A DNA stretch of 63,986 bases, filler included, from Limisphaerales bacterium (GCA_044225505.1; 12 parts of 12 records of this genome joined end to end with filler, not necessarily neighbours in it), one strand, 5' to 3'; counted from the whole stretch's first letter, positions 52,172-62,696 are shown. Notes: generated by a model from the letters alone, not told the origin. A program made the numbers and translations.

Positions 52172-52469
52172 CCGACCCAGTGGCCCAGGAAAGGACGCAC
52201 CGCCCTAAACCTTTGACGCGGCCGCTCATTGCGCCGCGTATTTGAGAATCTTCAATGACGGTATCGCCGTCGAGTGATCGCCCCAAACCACTGACTGGTA
52301 ATTACTAACACACAACACAATCATCGTCCCCTACTCTCGGTCTCCGTCGTGGGGCCAAAGACAAGCAAGGCCCAAAAGCTGCCTTCATGGCGCCAATATG
52401 TTCGCCTTAATCACGGGCTGGTATTGCCCCACGATTCATCGTCGTTAGAAATTTGGGGGTTAAAGAAAT

Positions 52470-54014
52470 ATGTCCAGCCCTTCATTTCCTCCTGTGGGCG
52501 TGATCGTCCTTAACCGCATGGGATTCGGACCTCGTCCTGGCGATTTGGAAAAGTTCCAGAGCCTGGGAATCACCGACGCCGAGCGCATCGCCGCTTACGT
52601 GGAGCAGCAAGTCCACCCCGAAACGCTGGATGACAGCGCTCTGCAAGAACGCCTGCGCCAGACCGGATTTATCACTGCAAAAATCACTGACTCAGCTCTG
52701 GGCCGACCACGTCCAAAGCCCGGGCGGAAACGACTGGACCAATCGGGTTCGACCGTTCAACGAGACAGAGCGCGCCACCTTTTTGCGTGCCATTTACAGC
52801 CGACGGCAACTCAACGAAGTGCTCGCTGACTTCTGGCACAACCACTTCAACGTGCTTGGAACGGGCTCCTGGGCCGCGCCGGTCTGGGTCCACTATGACC
52901 GGGATATCATTCGCGCGAACATCTTCGGCAATTTCCGGAAGATGCTCGAAGACGTCGCCACCAGCTTGCCCATGCTGGTCTACCTGAACAACTACGCCAA
53001 CACGGTAAGTGGTCCGAACGAAAACTACGCTCGCGAATTGTTTGAGCTTCATGGTACAAGGGCGAGAGAACTACTTTGGCGTCAAGCGCCAAGATGAAGT
53101 CCCGGTGGACGACCAGCGTATCCCGCTGGGCTATGTCGACGACGATGTCTACGAAAGCACTCGCGCCTTCACGGGGTGGACCATCGATTTCGATACAGGC
53201 ACGTTCGCCTACAAAGCGGATCAGCATGATCGATTCCAAAAGTATGTGTTAGGTCGTTTCTTGCCGTGCTGACCAGGCTCCTATGAAGGACGGGCGCGAC
53301 GTGCTCGACCTTATTGCCGCGCACCCTGGCACCGGCCGTTTCATTGCCCGAAAGCTCGCCCGCCGCCTGATCGCTGACGACCCACCGCAGCGGGTCGTGA
53401 ACGAAGCAGCTCAGGTGTTTTTCAGCCAGAGAGCCGCCCCGGACCAGCTGCGCCAGGTCATTCGCACTATCCTACTCTCACCCGAGTTTCGAACGACGTG
53501 GGGTGAAAAAGTGAAGCGTCCCTTCGAAGCGGTCGTTTCAAGTTTGCGAGCAATCGACGCGGACATCGATTTGCCCCTCAACGATGAAATGAGCAACTCC
53601 TTCTTCTACTACTATGCCCAGGCTGGACAACCGCTCTTTCGTTGGCCAACCCCTGACGGATACTCCGACCGAAGAGCCAAGTGGGTCGGCAGCAATCCAC
53701 TGGTTTCTAATTGGCGGATGAACAATTGGATCGTGGAGATGAAAAACTGGTGGAACCATAAATACGAAATCTTCAATCCCATCCGCGTTTTGCCGCCAAC
53801 AGTCCGTTCCGCCCAAGACATCGCCGACTTCTGGATTGACCGCATCCTGCACCGGCCTTTAGCCGATTCCGCCCGCGCTGAAATAGTCGACTTCCTAGCT
53901 CGTGGCAGGGATCCAGCCATGGCCATTCCTAGTTTCGACGACGAAAACACGCGCGAGCAAGTGTGGGGGATGGTCGCGCTCATCCTTTCCACGCCGGAGC
54001 ATCTGGTCCGATAA
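52470..54014 (+). pseudogene. DUF1800 family protein split by three frameshifts (about 52675, 53060 and 53267)
   Basis: LNRMGFGPRPGD, LADFWHNHFNV, PNENYARELFELH, DVYESTRAFTGW and HPGTGRFIARKL...KVKRPFE are spread over four ORFs. Confidence 0.85.
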
Positions 54015-54040
54015 TCTCCTCCACCGATCATTTCCTCGCA

Positions 54041-56008
54041 ATGAAAACGTCTCGTCGTCAATTCTTGGTTGGTTGCTCCGCCGCGATCGCCGCCCTGGCC
54101 GGGTCACGTCTCCGGTCGCTTGCCGTCGGAAGCCCTTCCCACAACTCGGATGTGCTCGTCATCGTTTTTCTCCGCGGAGGGATGGACGGTTTGAGCCTGG
54201 TTCCGCCTCTGGCCGGCGAGGATCGAGTCTACTACGAGCAGGCCAGGCCGACGCTCCGCATTCCCACCTCGGGCGCGGGGGCGGCCCTGCCGCTCAATAC
54301 TCAGTTTGGACTGCATCCAGCCGCGGCCCCCCTCCATAACCTGTTTCAGGCTGGTAAACTGGCCATCGTGCAAGCGGTCGGCAATGCCGGAAGCCGCAGT
54401 CACTTCGACGCACAACGCTATATCGAACTCGGCACCCCGGGAAACAGTTCGACCCCTACCGGGTGGCTCACCCGTGCCGTGGACAATTCCGGTCTGGCCA
54501 ACAACATTTTGATGCCAGCGCTTGCGACTGGCGCCGCCACCCCCACGTCGCTCCAAGGGAGCGACCAGACCATGAATATGGACTCGACCGATTCATTCAG
54601 TTTGAGCCGGATCGGCCATTGGACCTGGGTGCAGGGCGAACAACAAATCGCTCTGCGCCGCATTTACACAGCCGGAGATACTTTTCTGCACGACGCAGGA
54701 GTTCAAGCCCTCAACGCGGTCGGTTTGATCGAGTCCTACGTGACACCCAAATACCAGTCATCCGGCAAGATTGCCTATCCGGAAACCGAGTTTGGCAACC
54801 ACTTGAAGATGATCGCCCAAATCATCAAACTAGACGTCGGGCTCCGCGTCGCCACGATCGACTTGGGCGGCTGGGACACGCACCAGGACCAGGGTGTGCA
54901 ACTCCAAGGCCACTTCTCCAATCTGGTCCGGGAACTCTCAAGTGGGCTGGCCGCGCTCTATAGCGATTTGGAATATACCAATTCAGGCTCACTCGCCCGG
55001 CGCTTAACCATTGTCGCCCAAAGCGAGTTCGGCCGTCGGATTCGCGAAAACGCCAATCGCGGGACTGATCACGGAACGGCTAACCCCATCCTGGTGCTCG
55101 GAGGCAACGTCCGTGGTGGCCTATTCGGCACTTGGCCGGGGCTGCATCCCGACCAACGCTTCGACGGCGCGGATCTCGCCGCGACCACGGACTATCGCCA
55201 AATCATGAGCGAGATCCTGATTCGCCGACTCGGTAACCCACATCTCGGCCAGATATTCCCAAAGTTCGAGCCATACCAGCCGTTGAACCTGGTCGCAGGT
55301 CCCGACTTGGCACCGGACTTGTCCGTGCCCACCCCAGACGCGCCAGCCAACCTAGTCGCCGTTCTAGCCGAAGCCGGAATGGTCCGCCTGAATTGGACAC
55401 GCGTCGCTTATGCCAGCAACTATCGAATCGAACGCCGGACCCAGTCGGACGCCGCTTGGCTGCTCGTGGCGACCCTCGGAGCCGATCGCAATAGCTTTGA
55501 TGACCTAACCGTTCCGAGCGGTGAGTCCGTGTCCTATCGGTTGCAAGCGTTCAGCAGTTACGGGGAAAGCCCGTTTACTTCACCCGTAGCACCGGCCGCG
55601 AAGACTGCCATTGAACAGTGGCGCTTGCGCTATTTCGGATCGACTGACAATTCGGGCCCGGCTGCCGACACGCATATTAGCTCGGAAGACGGCCTGTCTA
55701 ACTTCACCAAATACGCTCTGGGACTGGATCCGCTTGTCCCCGCGTTCAAACGAACCATCGGGTTTCAACCGGGACGTCCCAGGACCGAATACACCTCGGC
55801 CGGATTGTCTTTAGTCTACGTACGACCTACGAATCGAAAAGACGTCCGATACCAGGTCCTCGCATCGGACGGGCTCGACCAGTGGACTCCCATCCCGGAA
55901 AAAAGCGAGGGTATCGCGGACGGCATGGAGCGCTGCCGCGCCACTGCACCTCAGGGCGGCGCCAAGATGAAGTTCTTGCGGTTGACAGTCGAACCAATCG
56001 GCTTGTGA
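54041..56008 (+). CDS. Tat-exported DUF1501 protein fused to FN3 and a C-terminal surface domain
   Basis: SRRQFL, FLRGGMDGL, RSHFDAQ, GGWDTH and SEFGRR...GTDHG; then PDAPANL..LNW..YRIER (FN3). Confidence 0.9.
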   Translation: MKTSRRQFLVGCSAAIAALAGSRLRSLAVGSPSHNSDVLVIVFLRGGMDGLSLVPPLAGEDRVYYEQARPTLRIPTSGAGAALPLNTQFGLHPAAAPLHNLFQAGKLAIVQAVGNAGSRSHFDAQRYIELGTPGNSSTPTGWLTRAVDNSGLANNILMPALATGAATPTSLQGSDQTMNMDSTDSFSLSRIGHWTWVQGEQQIALRRIYTAGDTFLHDAGVQALNAVGLIESYVTPKYQSSGKIAYPETEFGNHLKMIAQIIKLDVGLRVATIDLGGWDTHQDQGVQLQGHFSNLVRELSSGLAALYSDLEYTNSGSLARRLTIVAQSEFGRRIRENANRGTDHGTANPILVLGGNVRGGLFGTWPGLHPDQRFDGADLAATTDYRQIMSEILIRRLGNPHLGQIFPKFEPYQPLNLVAGPDLAPDLSVPTPDAPANLVAVLAEAGMVRLNWTRVAYASNYRIERRTQSDAAWLLVATLGADRNSFDDLTVPSGESVSYRLQAFSSYGESPFTSPVAPAAKTAIEQWRLRYFGSTDNSGPAADTHISSEDGLSNFTKYALGLDPLVPAFKRTIGFQPGRPRTEYTSAGLSLVYVRPTNRKDVRYQVLASDGLDQWTPIPEKSEGIADGMERCRATAPQGGAKMKFLRLTVEPIGL

Positions 56009-56023
56009 AGGCACCCGTGACAG

Positions 56024-56327
56024 GGGTCACTCCCGCCGATACGCATGTGCGATGTTCAACCAAAGTGCCTCACGATGGCTTGAGCCACTCCCGGACACAG
56101 CCGACAGCGTAGGCAACTGCGCCCATCATCCACGAAGCGGCGATTCATGGCCAGGGCCTGTAATCACAAGCCATTCTCAAGTTTCTGTTGTCGCTCCCGT
56201 CCATCAGCAACGCTTTATATCGTCCGCTGAGGATATTGCCCCCCCAGTTTCCACGCCATTCCAAGAACCAGCCGCTGCCTTGTCTCAAGCGTCAACATCG
56301 ACATTGCATTCTGCGGGCCTGACCCCT
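56024..56327 (-). mobile_element. RAYT transposase remnant between GGGGTCA / TGACCCC inverted motifs
   Basis: Minus strand about 56160-56235 reads LSGRYKALLMDGSDNRNLRMACDY, resembling the HLFxGRYK...YxHLNP region of RAYTs. Confidence 0.55.
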
Positions 56328-56398
56328 TCGAACGCACGGTGTATTCGGAATCATCGGATCGCGGGATTTATCCTAATGCCATTCGGTAATTCTTTTCA

Positions 56399-56597
56399 GT
56401 CCCGGAAGGGACAGAATGAGAGAAGCCCGGTCGCTTTAGCGCCGGGTGCTCAAGTGAGAGGGCCCAAGCCCCGGAGGGGCGGCTGAGGGCGGCGAGAAAG
56501 GGCGTTTGGGTTCTACGACCTTGTGATCCGCTTAATCTCCGGTTCTTCCGCTCAATGCCACGTCCTCGGCCGTCCCGTCGGGACTTGGAATCGCGCC
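56399..56597. repeat. Left part of a REP/REPIN-like palindrome
   Basis: Nested hairpins GTCCCGGAAGGGAC, CCCGGTCGCTTTAGCGCCGGG and GCCCCGGAGGGGC. Confidence 0.75.
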
Positions 56598-56892
56598 NNN
56601 NNNNNNNNNNNNNNNNNNNNNNNNNNNNNNNNNNNNNNNNNTTAATTAATTAANNNNNNNNNNNNNNNNNNNNNNNNNNNNNNNNNNNNNNNNNNNNATC
56701 GCCTGGTGCAACGGTAGAATTGGTGCCAATCCGCGCTTATCTCTCAAAACCGCGGTGATTGTCCCAGCGATCGCCGCGCGTTCGGAGTGCGAAGCAAACT
56801 GGGGACAGCAGGTCGGGCTTAGTATGGGTCGGTTCGAACCGTTCGGGGCTAGCCGAAAAGACTGGCGTGACACTGTCAGTGCCTATGTCGGT

Positions 56893-58134
56893 ATGAGTTC
56901 AGTGAGGCAATTGTGTCAGGCGGCAGTGGGGTTGGTCGCGATGGCGACCGCAAGTTCACTGGCGGGTCCATTCGATCTAACCGCGGGGGGAGCTTGGCGA
57001 GACCCTTCGGTCATGAAAGTTCGAGTGTTGGGGGACTATGCCTACGCGAGGGTGTGGCGGAGCGGCCTTAATGAAGGTTCCGCCTTCGTTGTCATCGACG
57101 TTAGGGAACCCCGCCAGCCTACCACCGTTGGCAGTCTTGAACTCAGGCCTGAAACGGACATGCAGTTTGCTCCGCCATCCTATGCGCCATTAGGGATGAG
57201 TGTCTCGGAGGGCCTGGCGTGTTTCGCAGCTCGCGGAACCATTGAGCTGGTTCAAGTCAGTGATCCACGACAACCACGCCTCGTTGCGTCCTGGCCGGCA
57301 GCCGAAATCGGGATGGTTGTGGATGTCGCCGTGGTGGCGAGTCACTTGTACACATGCGGCCGCGGTGGCATGCAAATTCTGGAGGTGACGGATCCGGCTC
57401 ATCCGCACGTCTTGTCCACGCTGGCAGGTTCGTTCACCTGCATCCAAGTGGCTGACTCTTGGGCCTATCTGGGCAACGACCAAGGTCGCGGCATTTCGAT
57501 TGTGGATATCCGGGATCCCATGCGTCCGGTTCTGTTCGGCGCCGGGCCTGACACAGATCGAGTCACGGCCCTCTCCGTTTCCGGTGGACGCGTCTTTGCC
57601 GGGGTCCATTGGGGATTCTTCCTCGGTTTCTTGGAGGGCTCGTTGGCGGTGCTGGATGTGAGCGAGCCAACTCACCCGAGCCTGATAACGGAAGAAAGCA
57701 CGACTTGGCCTTCCGCGGCAAACGCCATCCAGCTGATCAATGGAATGGTTCTGTCCGCGCATTGGCCCGGACCTGGGATTACCGTTGTGGACGTCACCAA
57801 CCCGAAGCTTCCCACGAGGGCGGGTGCCCTTCTTCCGGGGGTAAATTATGTTAGCGACGTCACCGTCTCGGGCTCGAAAGCGTACGTGGCCGCGGTCACG
57901 GATGGGCTGCTGATCTGCAGTTTCGGCGGGCCTCGGACTTTTAGCGGACCTCCCCAATTGTCCGGGGAGAACGTGACTCTGTCCTGGAACCCATCTGCGT
58001 TCGGGATGACTTTGCAGACGAAGGACACGCTGGCTGATGGTGAGTGGCAGGATGTTCGCGACACTCAGCAAGCTCGGACTTGGACGGGAGTCGCCAAGTC
58101 TGGTGGATCATTCTTCCGACTGATCGAGAGGTAG
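56893..58134 (+). CDS. Exported LVIVD-repeat protein with C-terminal surface domain
   Basis: FVVIDVREP, ILEVTDP, IVDIRDP, VLDVSEP and VVDVTNP repeats; ends W...FFRLIER. Confidence 0.88.
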   Translation: MSSVRQLCQAAVGLVAMATASSLAGPFDLTAGGAWRDPSVMKVRVLGDYAYARVWRSGLNEGSAFVVIDVREPRQPTTVGSLELRPETDMQFAPPSYAPLGMSVSEGLACFAARGTIELVQVSDPRQPRLVASWPAAEIGMVVDVAVVASHLYTCGRGGMQILEVTDPAHPHVLSTLAGSFTCIQVADSWAYLGNDQGRGISIVDIRDPMRPVLFGAGPDTDRVTALSVSGGRVFAGVHWGFFLGFLEGSLAVLDVSEPTHPSLITEESTTWPSAANAIQLINGMVLSAHWPGPGITVVDVTNPKLPTRAGALLPGVNYVSDVTVSGSKAYVAAVTDGLLICSFGGPRTFSGPPQLSGENVTLSWNPSAFGMTLQTKDTLADGEWQDVRDTQQARTWTGVAKSGGSFFRLIER

Positions 58135-58428
58135 ACTAGCGTCGAGGCGAGTGCGGGCAAACTAATGTCGGATCCAGTCCGCGACCATCGCATTCAGATG
58201 CTCACGAACCTTAGCTTGGTCCTTGGTCATAAGAGCCGACTCACGCGGTTAGCGTCGCCACTGAGTATGACGGAGGCAGTCGCGCTCCTCAATGCCAGGG
58301 CGTTTTCATAGCGCCCACCTCTGCGAGGAATGTGCCGTCTGCGTTGGTCGTTTGCACAACTCGAAAATTCGCGCCTTGTGTGAAACTGTATTTTTGATAA
58401 TATTCCGCCAGGTCACTCGTTACCGTCT

Positions 58429-59787
58429 ATGAATCGAACCTGGCGAATTCCACGACGTACCTTTCTAAGAGGACTCGGCACTGCTGTTGCCTTGCCCCTG
58501 CTAGAGTCAATGATGGCGCCTGTTGCGTTGGGCAAGGACGCTCTGCCAGGAGGAAAGGCCCCGCAGCGGATGGGATTTATCTACATTCCGAACGGCGCCA
58601 ATATGGATGACTGGACGCCGCGGGGCATCGGACGCGAGTTCGAGATGCCGTACGTTCTCGAGCCGCTCGCTCCATTTAAGAGTGATATTCTCGTCCTATC
58701 GGGCTTGGCGCATGACAAGGCACGACCCAACGGCGATGGCGCGGGAGATCATGCGCGAGCTTCGGCTGCTTTTCTGACAGGTTGCCAAGCGCGCAAAACC
58801 CCAGGCGCCGATATTCGCGTGGGCATCTCGGTGGATCAGGTCGCGGCCCAAAGAATCGGTGACCGGACGCGCTTTGCTTCATTGGAGCTGGGTTGTGACC
58901 GGGCGCAATTAGCCGGGAACTGCGACTCCGGGTATAGCTGCGCTTACTCCTATAATATTGCCTGGAAAACGCCCTCGAGTCCGTTACCGCCCGAAGTGGA
59001 TCCGCGGTTGGTCTTTGAGCGCTTGTTTAGCACTGGAAGTGCTTCCGAAGTTGCGGAGAGTCGCGAGCGACGCGAACGAATGCAACGGAGCATATTGGAT
59101 TTTGTTTTAGAGGATGCGCGACAATTGCAGGGGCGTTTAGGTTACACCGACCGACGAAAGCTCGACGATTATCTGACGTCAGTTCGGGAGTTGGAGATTC
59201 GCATTCAGCGTGCGAGTCAATTTGCCACGGCGCTTCCCGCCTACGATAAACCGACTGGAATACCGCAGGACAATGAGCAACACGTCCGCTTGATGATGGA
59301 TTTGCTGGCGCTGGCGTTTCAAACGGACACGACGAGGATTAGCACCTTCGTGATGGCGCATGATGGCAGCAATCGGCCTTATCCATCAATTGGTGTCTCC
59401 GATGGGCACCATGACCTGTCCCATCATCAAAATGATGAGGAGAAAAAGAAAAAGATTTCCCGCATCAACCGTTATCATTTATCGCAGTTCGCATATCTCG
59501 TTCAGAAACTGAAGTCGATATCGGAAGGGGCGGGGACTTTGCTCGATAACTGCATGATTGTTTACGGCAGCGGGATAGCCGACGGGAATAGTCATGCGCA
59601 TCACGACTTGCCGGTGCTCTTGGCCGGGCAAGCCGGTGGAACGGTCGAGCCTGGCCGACACGTCCGTTATCCCAAAGATACTCCGATGGCGAACCTTTAC
59701 CTCTCGATGCTCGAACGGGTAGGAGTGCGGCCCCAGCGATTCGGAGATAGCACCGGGCTCCTAGCCGATCTGGGAGCTGCGGGATGA
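58429..59787 (+). CDS. DUF1552 family Tat-exported protein
   Basis: RRTFLRGLG..VALPLLESM, YIPNG, GDH, CDSGYSCAY and HHDLSHH. Confidence 0.92.
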   Translation: MNRTWRIPRRTFLRGLGTAVALPLLESMMAPVALGKDALPGGKAPQRMGFIYIPNGANMDDWTPRGIGREFEMPYVLEPLAPFKSDILVLSGLAHDKARPNGDGAGDHARASAAFLTGCQARKTPGADIRVGISVDQVAAQRIGDRTRFASLELGCDRAQLAGNCDSGYSCAYSYNIAWKTPSSPLPPEVDPRLVFERLFSTGSASEVAESRERRERMQRSILDFVLEDARQLQGRLGYTDRRKLDDYLTSVRELEIRIQRASQFATALPAYDKPTGIPQDNEQHVRLMMDLLALAFQTDTTRISTFVMAHDGSNRPYPSIGVSDGHHDLSHHQNDEEKKKKISRINRYHLSQFAYLVQKLKSISEGAGTLLDNCMIVYGSGIADGNSHAHHDLPVLLAGQAGGTVEPGRHVRYPKDTPMANLYLSMLERVGVRPQRFGDSTGLLADLGAAG

Positions 59788-59945
59788 ACCGCGCGTTCGT
59801 GATTCGAACCGAACTGGGGAGTTCGGGAATTTGATTTGTTGGATCGGGTTTTGGCTGATAAGGAGTTAGTGCAACGTGGTGCCAGAGTGGGTCGTGGACG
59901 ACGAAGTTTCACGAACTTATTCACTGGTCCATGCGCCATTGTCAC

Positions 59946-60905
59946 ATGAAAGCAATTCGAGTCTTTGCACCGGGAGAACCCGAAGTCATGCGTTTAGAGG
60001 ACGTGGAAGATTTAAGACCTGGCGACGGTCAGGTGCTCGTCCGCATCCGCGCCGTTGGCGTCAACCCGGTGGAAACCTACATCCGCTCGGGACGGTATCC
60101 ATTACCGCCGATGCCGTACACCCCTGGAACTGATGCGGCCGGAATTGTCGCTGGCGTTGGCCGTGACGTGGGGGATATTGAAGTTGGGGACCGTGTTTAT
60201 ACGGCAGGGACGTTAACGGGTGCGTACGCCGAGGCGGCTTTGTGTAAAGCTTCCCAGGTCCACCCATTACCGGAAGAAGCCACCTACGCTCAAGGGGCAG
60301 CCTTGGGAATCCCGTACGCGACGGCCTATCGGGCGCTTTTTCAGAAAGCACGGGCTGAGGCTGGGGAGTTTGTCCTGGTGCATGGTGCGAGTGGTGGCGT
60401 CGGCATAGCCGCGGTCCAACTAGCTCATGCCAAGGGTTTGCACGTCATCGGGACGGCGGGGACCGATCGAGGGAGACACCTCGTGGCGGAGCAAGGCGCG
60501 CACCACGTTCTCGACCATGGAGCCGCGGGTTATCTGGAAGAAGTGAACCGTCTGACAAATGGGAAAGGCGTCGACATCATCATCGAAATGCTGGCCAACA
60601 GTAATCTCGGCAAGGATTTAGCCGTCCTAGCGCGCGACGGGCGAGTCGTGATCGTGGGCAGCCGCGGCACGGTGGAGGTGAATCCCCGGGATGCTATGGT
60701 TCGTGATCTCGCCGTCTATGGGATGCTCCTCTTCAACACGCCTGAGAACGATTTGGCGCATATCCACGCCGCGTTAGTTGCTGGCTTGGAGAACGGCACC
60801 GTGCGCCCGATCGTGGGGAAGGAAATGCCTTTGGCTGACGCTCCCCAGGCGCACCGAGCTGTCATGGAGGCGGGGGCCTACGGGAAGATCGTCCTGATTC
60901 CCTGA
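59946..60905 (+). CDS. NADPH:quinone reductase (zeta-crystallin/MDR family)
   Basis: GVNPVETYIRSG, PGTDAAG and VLVHGASGGVG. Confidence 0.93.
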   Translation: MKAIRVFAPGEPEVMRLEDVEDLRPGDGQVLVRIRAVGVNPVETYIRSGRYPLPPMPYTPGTDAAGIVAGVGRDVGDIEVGDRVYTAGTLTGAYAEAALCKASQVHPLPEEATYAQGAALGIPYATAYRALFQKARAEAGEFVLVHGASGGVGIAAVQLAHAKGLHVIGTAGTDRGRHLVAEQGAHHVLDHGAAGYLEEVNRLTNGKGVDIIIEMLANSNLGKDLAVLARDGRVVIVGSRGTVEVNPRDAMVRDLAVYGMLLFNTPENDLAHIHAALVAGLENGTVRPIVGKEMPLADAPQAHRAVMEAGAYGKIVLIP

Positions 60906-61135
60906 GATAAGGGAGGTTAGCCGATCCTCTGGTGACTGATGGGCGGACCTGGCGGAGAGTTCGTTCAAAGGACCGCATCGGTTCGTATGGCGTGCTGTGT
61001 TCAAGGCCAGTCGCCCGACCGCGGCGATTTATCGGGCCTAGGTTGGCCAGCGACCCCGCGCAGTTTGGCTAGGCGCGCGGGCAGAACTCGGAAAGGGCAA
61101 CGAATGACATTCCACGCGCTTCACTGTTGCTGGCT

Positions 61136-61857
61136 ATGAGGATTCTGGTTAGCGGCTCACACGGGCTTGTCGGTTCTGCCTTGGTCCCTTGGCTTCGAAA
61201 GCGTGGGCACCATGTCGTATTCCTCAATCGTTCCCGGAGTGCAACCAAGGCCGGCGAGGTTTATTGGGATCCGGCCACGGGTAAAATCGACTTGGCAAAC
61301 GCGGGCGATTTGGATGCGGTGGTGCACCTGGCGGGCGAGAACCTGGCGGGCGGACGTTGGACGACGGCCAGGAAAGCTCGGATCTGGAGCAGTCGAGTGC
61401 CGGCAACGCGCTTACTGGCGGACACGATTGTGCGCTTGCCCACACCGCCTCGCGTGTTCGTGTCAGCATCCGCAATTGGGTATTACGGCAGCCGTGGGGA
61501 CGAGATTCTAAATGAAGAAAGCGGTCGAGGCGAAGGATTTCTGGCAGATCTCTGTGAAGCGTGGGAGGCAGCCGCCAGACAAGCGTCAAGCACGACTATC
61601 CGAGTTGTCTGCCTTCGGTTCGGCGTTATTCTCAGCGGCCGGGGAGGGGCTCTGGCAAAAATGCTGCCGTCCTTTCGATTAGGCGTTGGAGGACCTCTCG
61701 GGAGCGGGCGGCAATATTGGAGCTGGATTACGCTCCACGATACGGTCTCTGCCATCGCCCACGCGCTGGAAGCGGACGGGTTATTTGGTCCTGTCAACGT
61801 GGTCGCGCCAACGCCGGTGCAGAATCTCGAGTTTGTTAAAGTCCTCGGGCAAGTGCT
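61136..61857 (+). CDS. TIGR01777 epimerase-family protein, N-terminal part
   Basis: ILVSGSHGLVG, VHLAGE, SASAIGYYG, FLADLCEAWE and GSGRQYWSWI. Confidence 0.92.
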
Positions 61858-61957
61858 NNNNNNNNNNNNNNNNNNNNNNNNNNNNNNNNNNNNNNNNNNN
61901 NTTAATTAATTAANNNNNNNNNNNNNNNNNNNNNNNNNNNNNNNNNNNNNNNNNNNN

Positions 61958-62011
61958 GGCCGCATCCAACTGCTGTGTGACGCCTGCCGCGAGGCGTTTT
62001 CAAAGGTGTAA
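61958..62011 (+). CDS. 3' end of a cassette ORF (stop codon inside attC R'')
   Basis: GRIQLLCDACREAFSKV*; the TAA lies within GTGTAAC. Confidence 0.5.
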   Translation, partial: GRIQLLCDACREAFSKV

Positions 62012-62101
62012 CAAGTCGATGCATCGAAGGAGCAGCGAGCCAGCCCTTTGTGGATCCGAGCGCCCTCGGGTGCTGCTCCTCGATGATCTTCGTCGTTACG
62101 C
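62006..62101 (+). mobile_element. attC site 1
   Basis: R'' GTGTAAC; GATGCATCGAAGGAGCAGC pairs with GCTGCTCCTCGATGATC leaving two unpaired bases; R' GTTACGC. Confidence 0.88.
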
Positions 62102-62104
62102 AGA

Positions 62105-62602
62105 GTGAGCGCCTGGCACGTCATCTCACTTTTTGTGTTCTTTTCGGCGACAGTGATTCGTGCTGATTCGCCGTTGCCTCCCGCCAAGCGATATCAGGTC
62201 GAGAGCCCGTCGAAAAAGTTCATAGCGACGGTTGATCCAAAAAGCGGCGTGACCGTCCAGTCTGCTGGCGCTAAGGAGTCGCTCTGGCGGGCAAAGAGGG
62301 TTTGGTCTCGGGATAGTGTTCTTGCCGACGACGGAGAGCACTTCATCACCGGCTACAACGGTTTGAACCTGATCCCGCTCGACTACACGACTAACTTGGT
62401 CCTGATTACGTTTTGGCATCGAGACCGGAAAATCCGGGAAGTCACGGTGGGGGATCTGTTCCCGAACACCCACATCCTACGGCGGACAGTGTCACACTAC
62501 GACTGGGGCCATATCCAAGGCATCGAGGACAACATTCTTCTCGTGGAGCGGTGCGACAGAAAGAAGCTCAGGTTTGACTTCCGAACAGGGGCGATCAAAT
62601 GA
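62105..62602 (+). CDS. Gene-cassette-encoded exported hypothetical protein
   Basis: Signal peptide, 165 aa; starts 3 bp after R' and stops 1 bp before the next R''. Confidence 0.85.
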   Translation: MSAWHVISLFVFFSATVIRADSPLPPAKRYQVESPSKKFIATVDPKSGVTVQSAGAKESLWRAKRVWSRDSVLADDGEHFITGYNGLNLIPLDYTTNLVLITFWHRDRKIREVTVGDLFPNTHILRRTVSHYDWGHIQGIEDNILLVERCDRKKLRFDFRTGAIK

Positions 62603-62603
62603 T

Positions 62604-62696
62604 GCGTAACGAGACATTGGACCGAGCAGCGGCGGGCCAGACTCTTGCCACTTCGGAACCTCTCTTGCTCCGCTGTCGGTCGATTCGTCGTTGGCG
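62604..62696 (+). mobile_element. attC site 2
   Basis: R'' GCGTAAC; ATTGGACCGAGCAGCGG pairs with CCGCTGTCGGTCGAT with unpaired bases; R' GTTGGCG. Confidence 0.88.
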
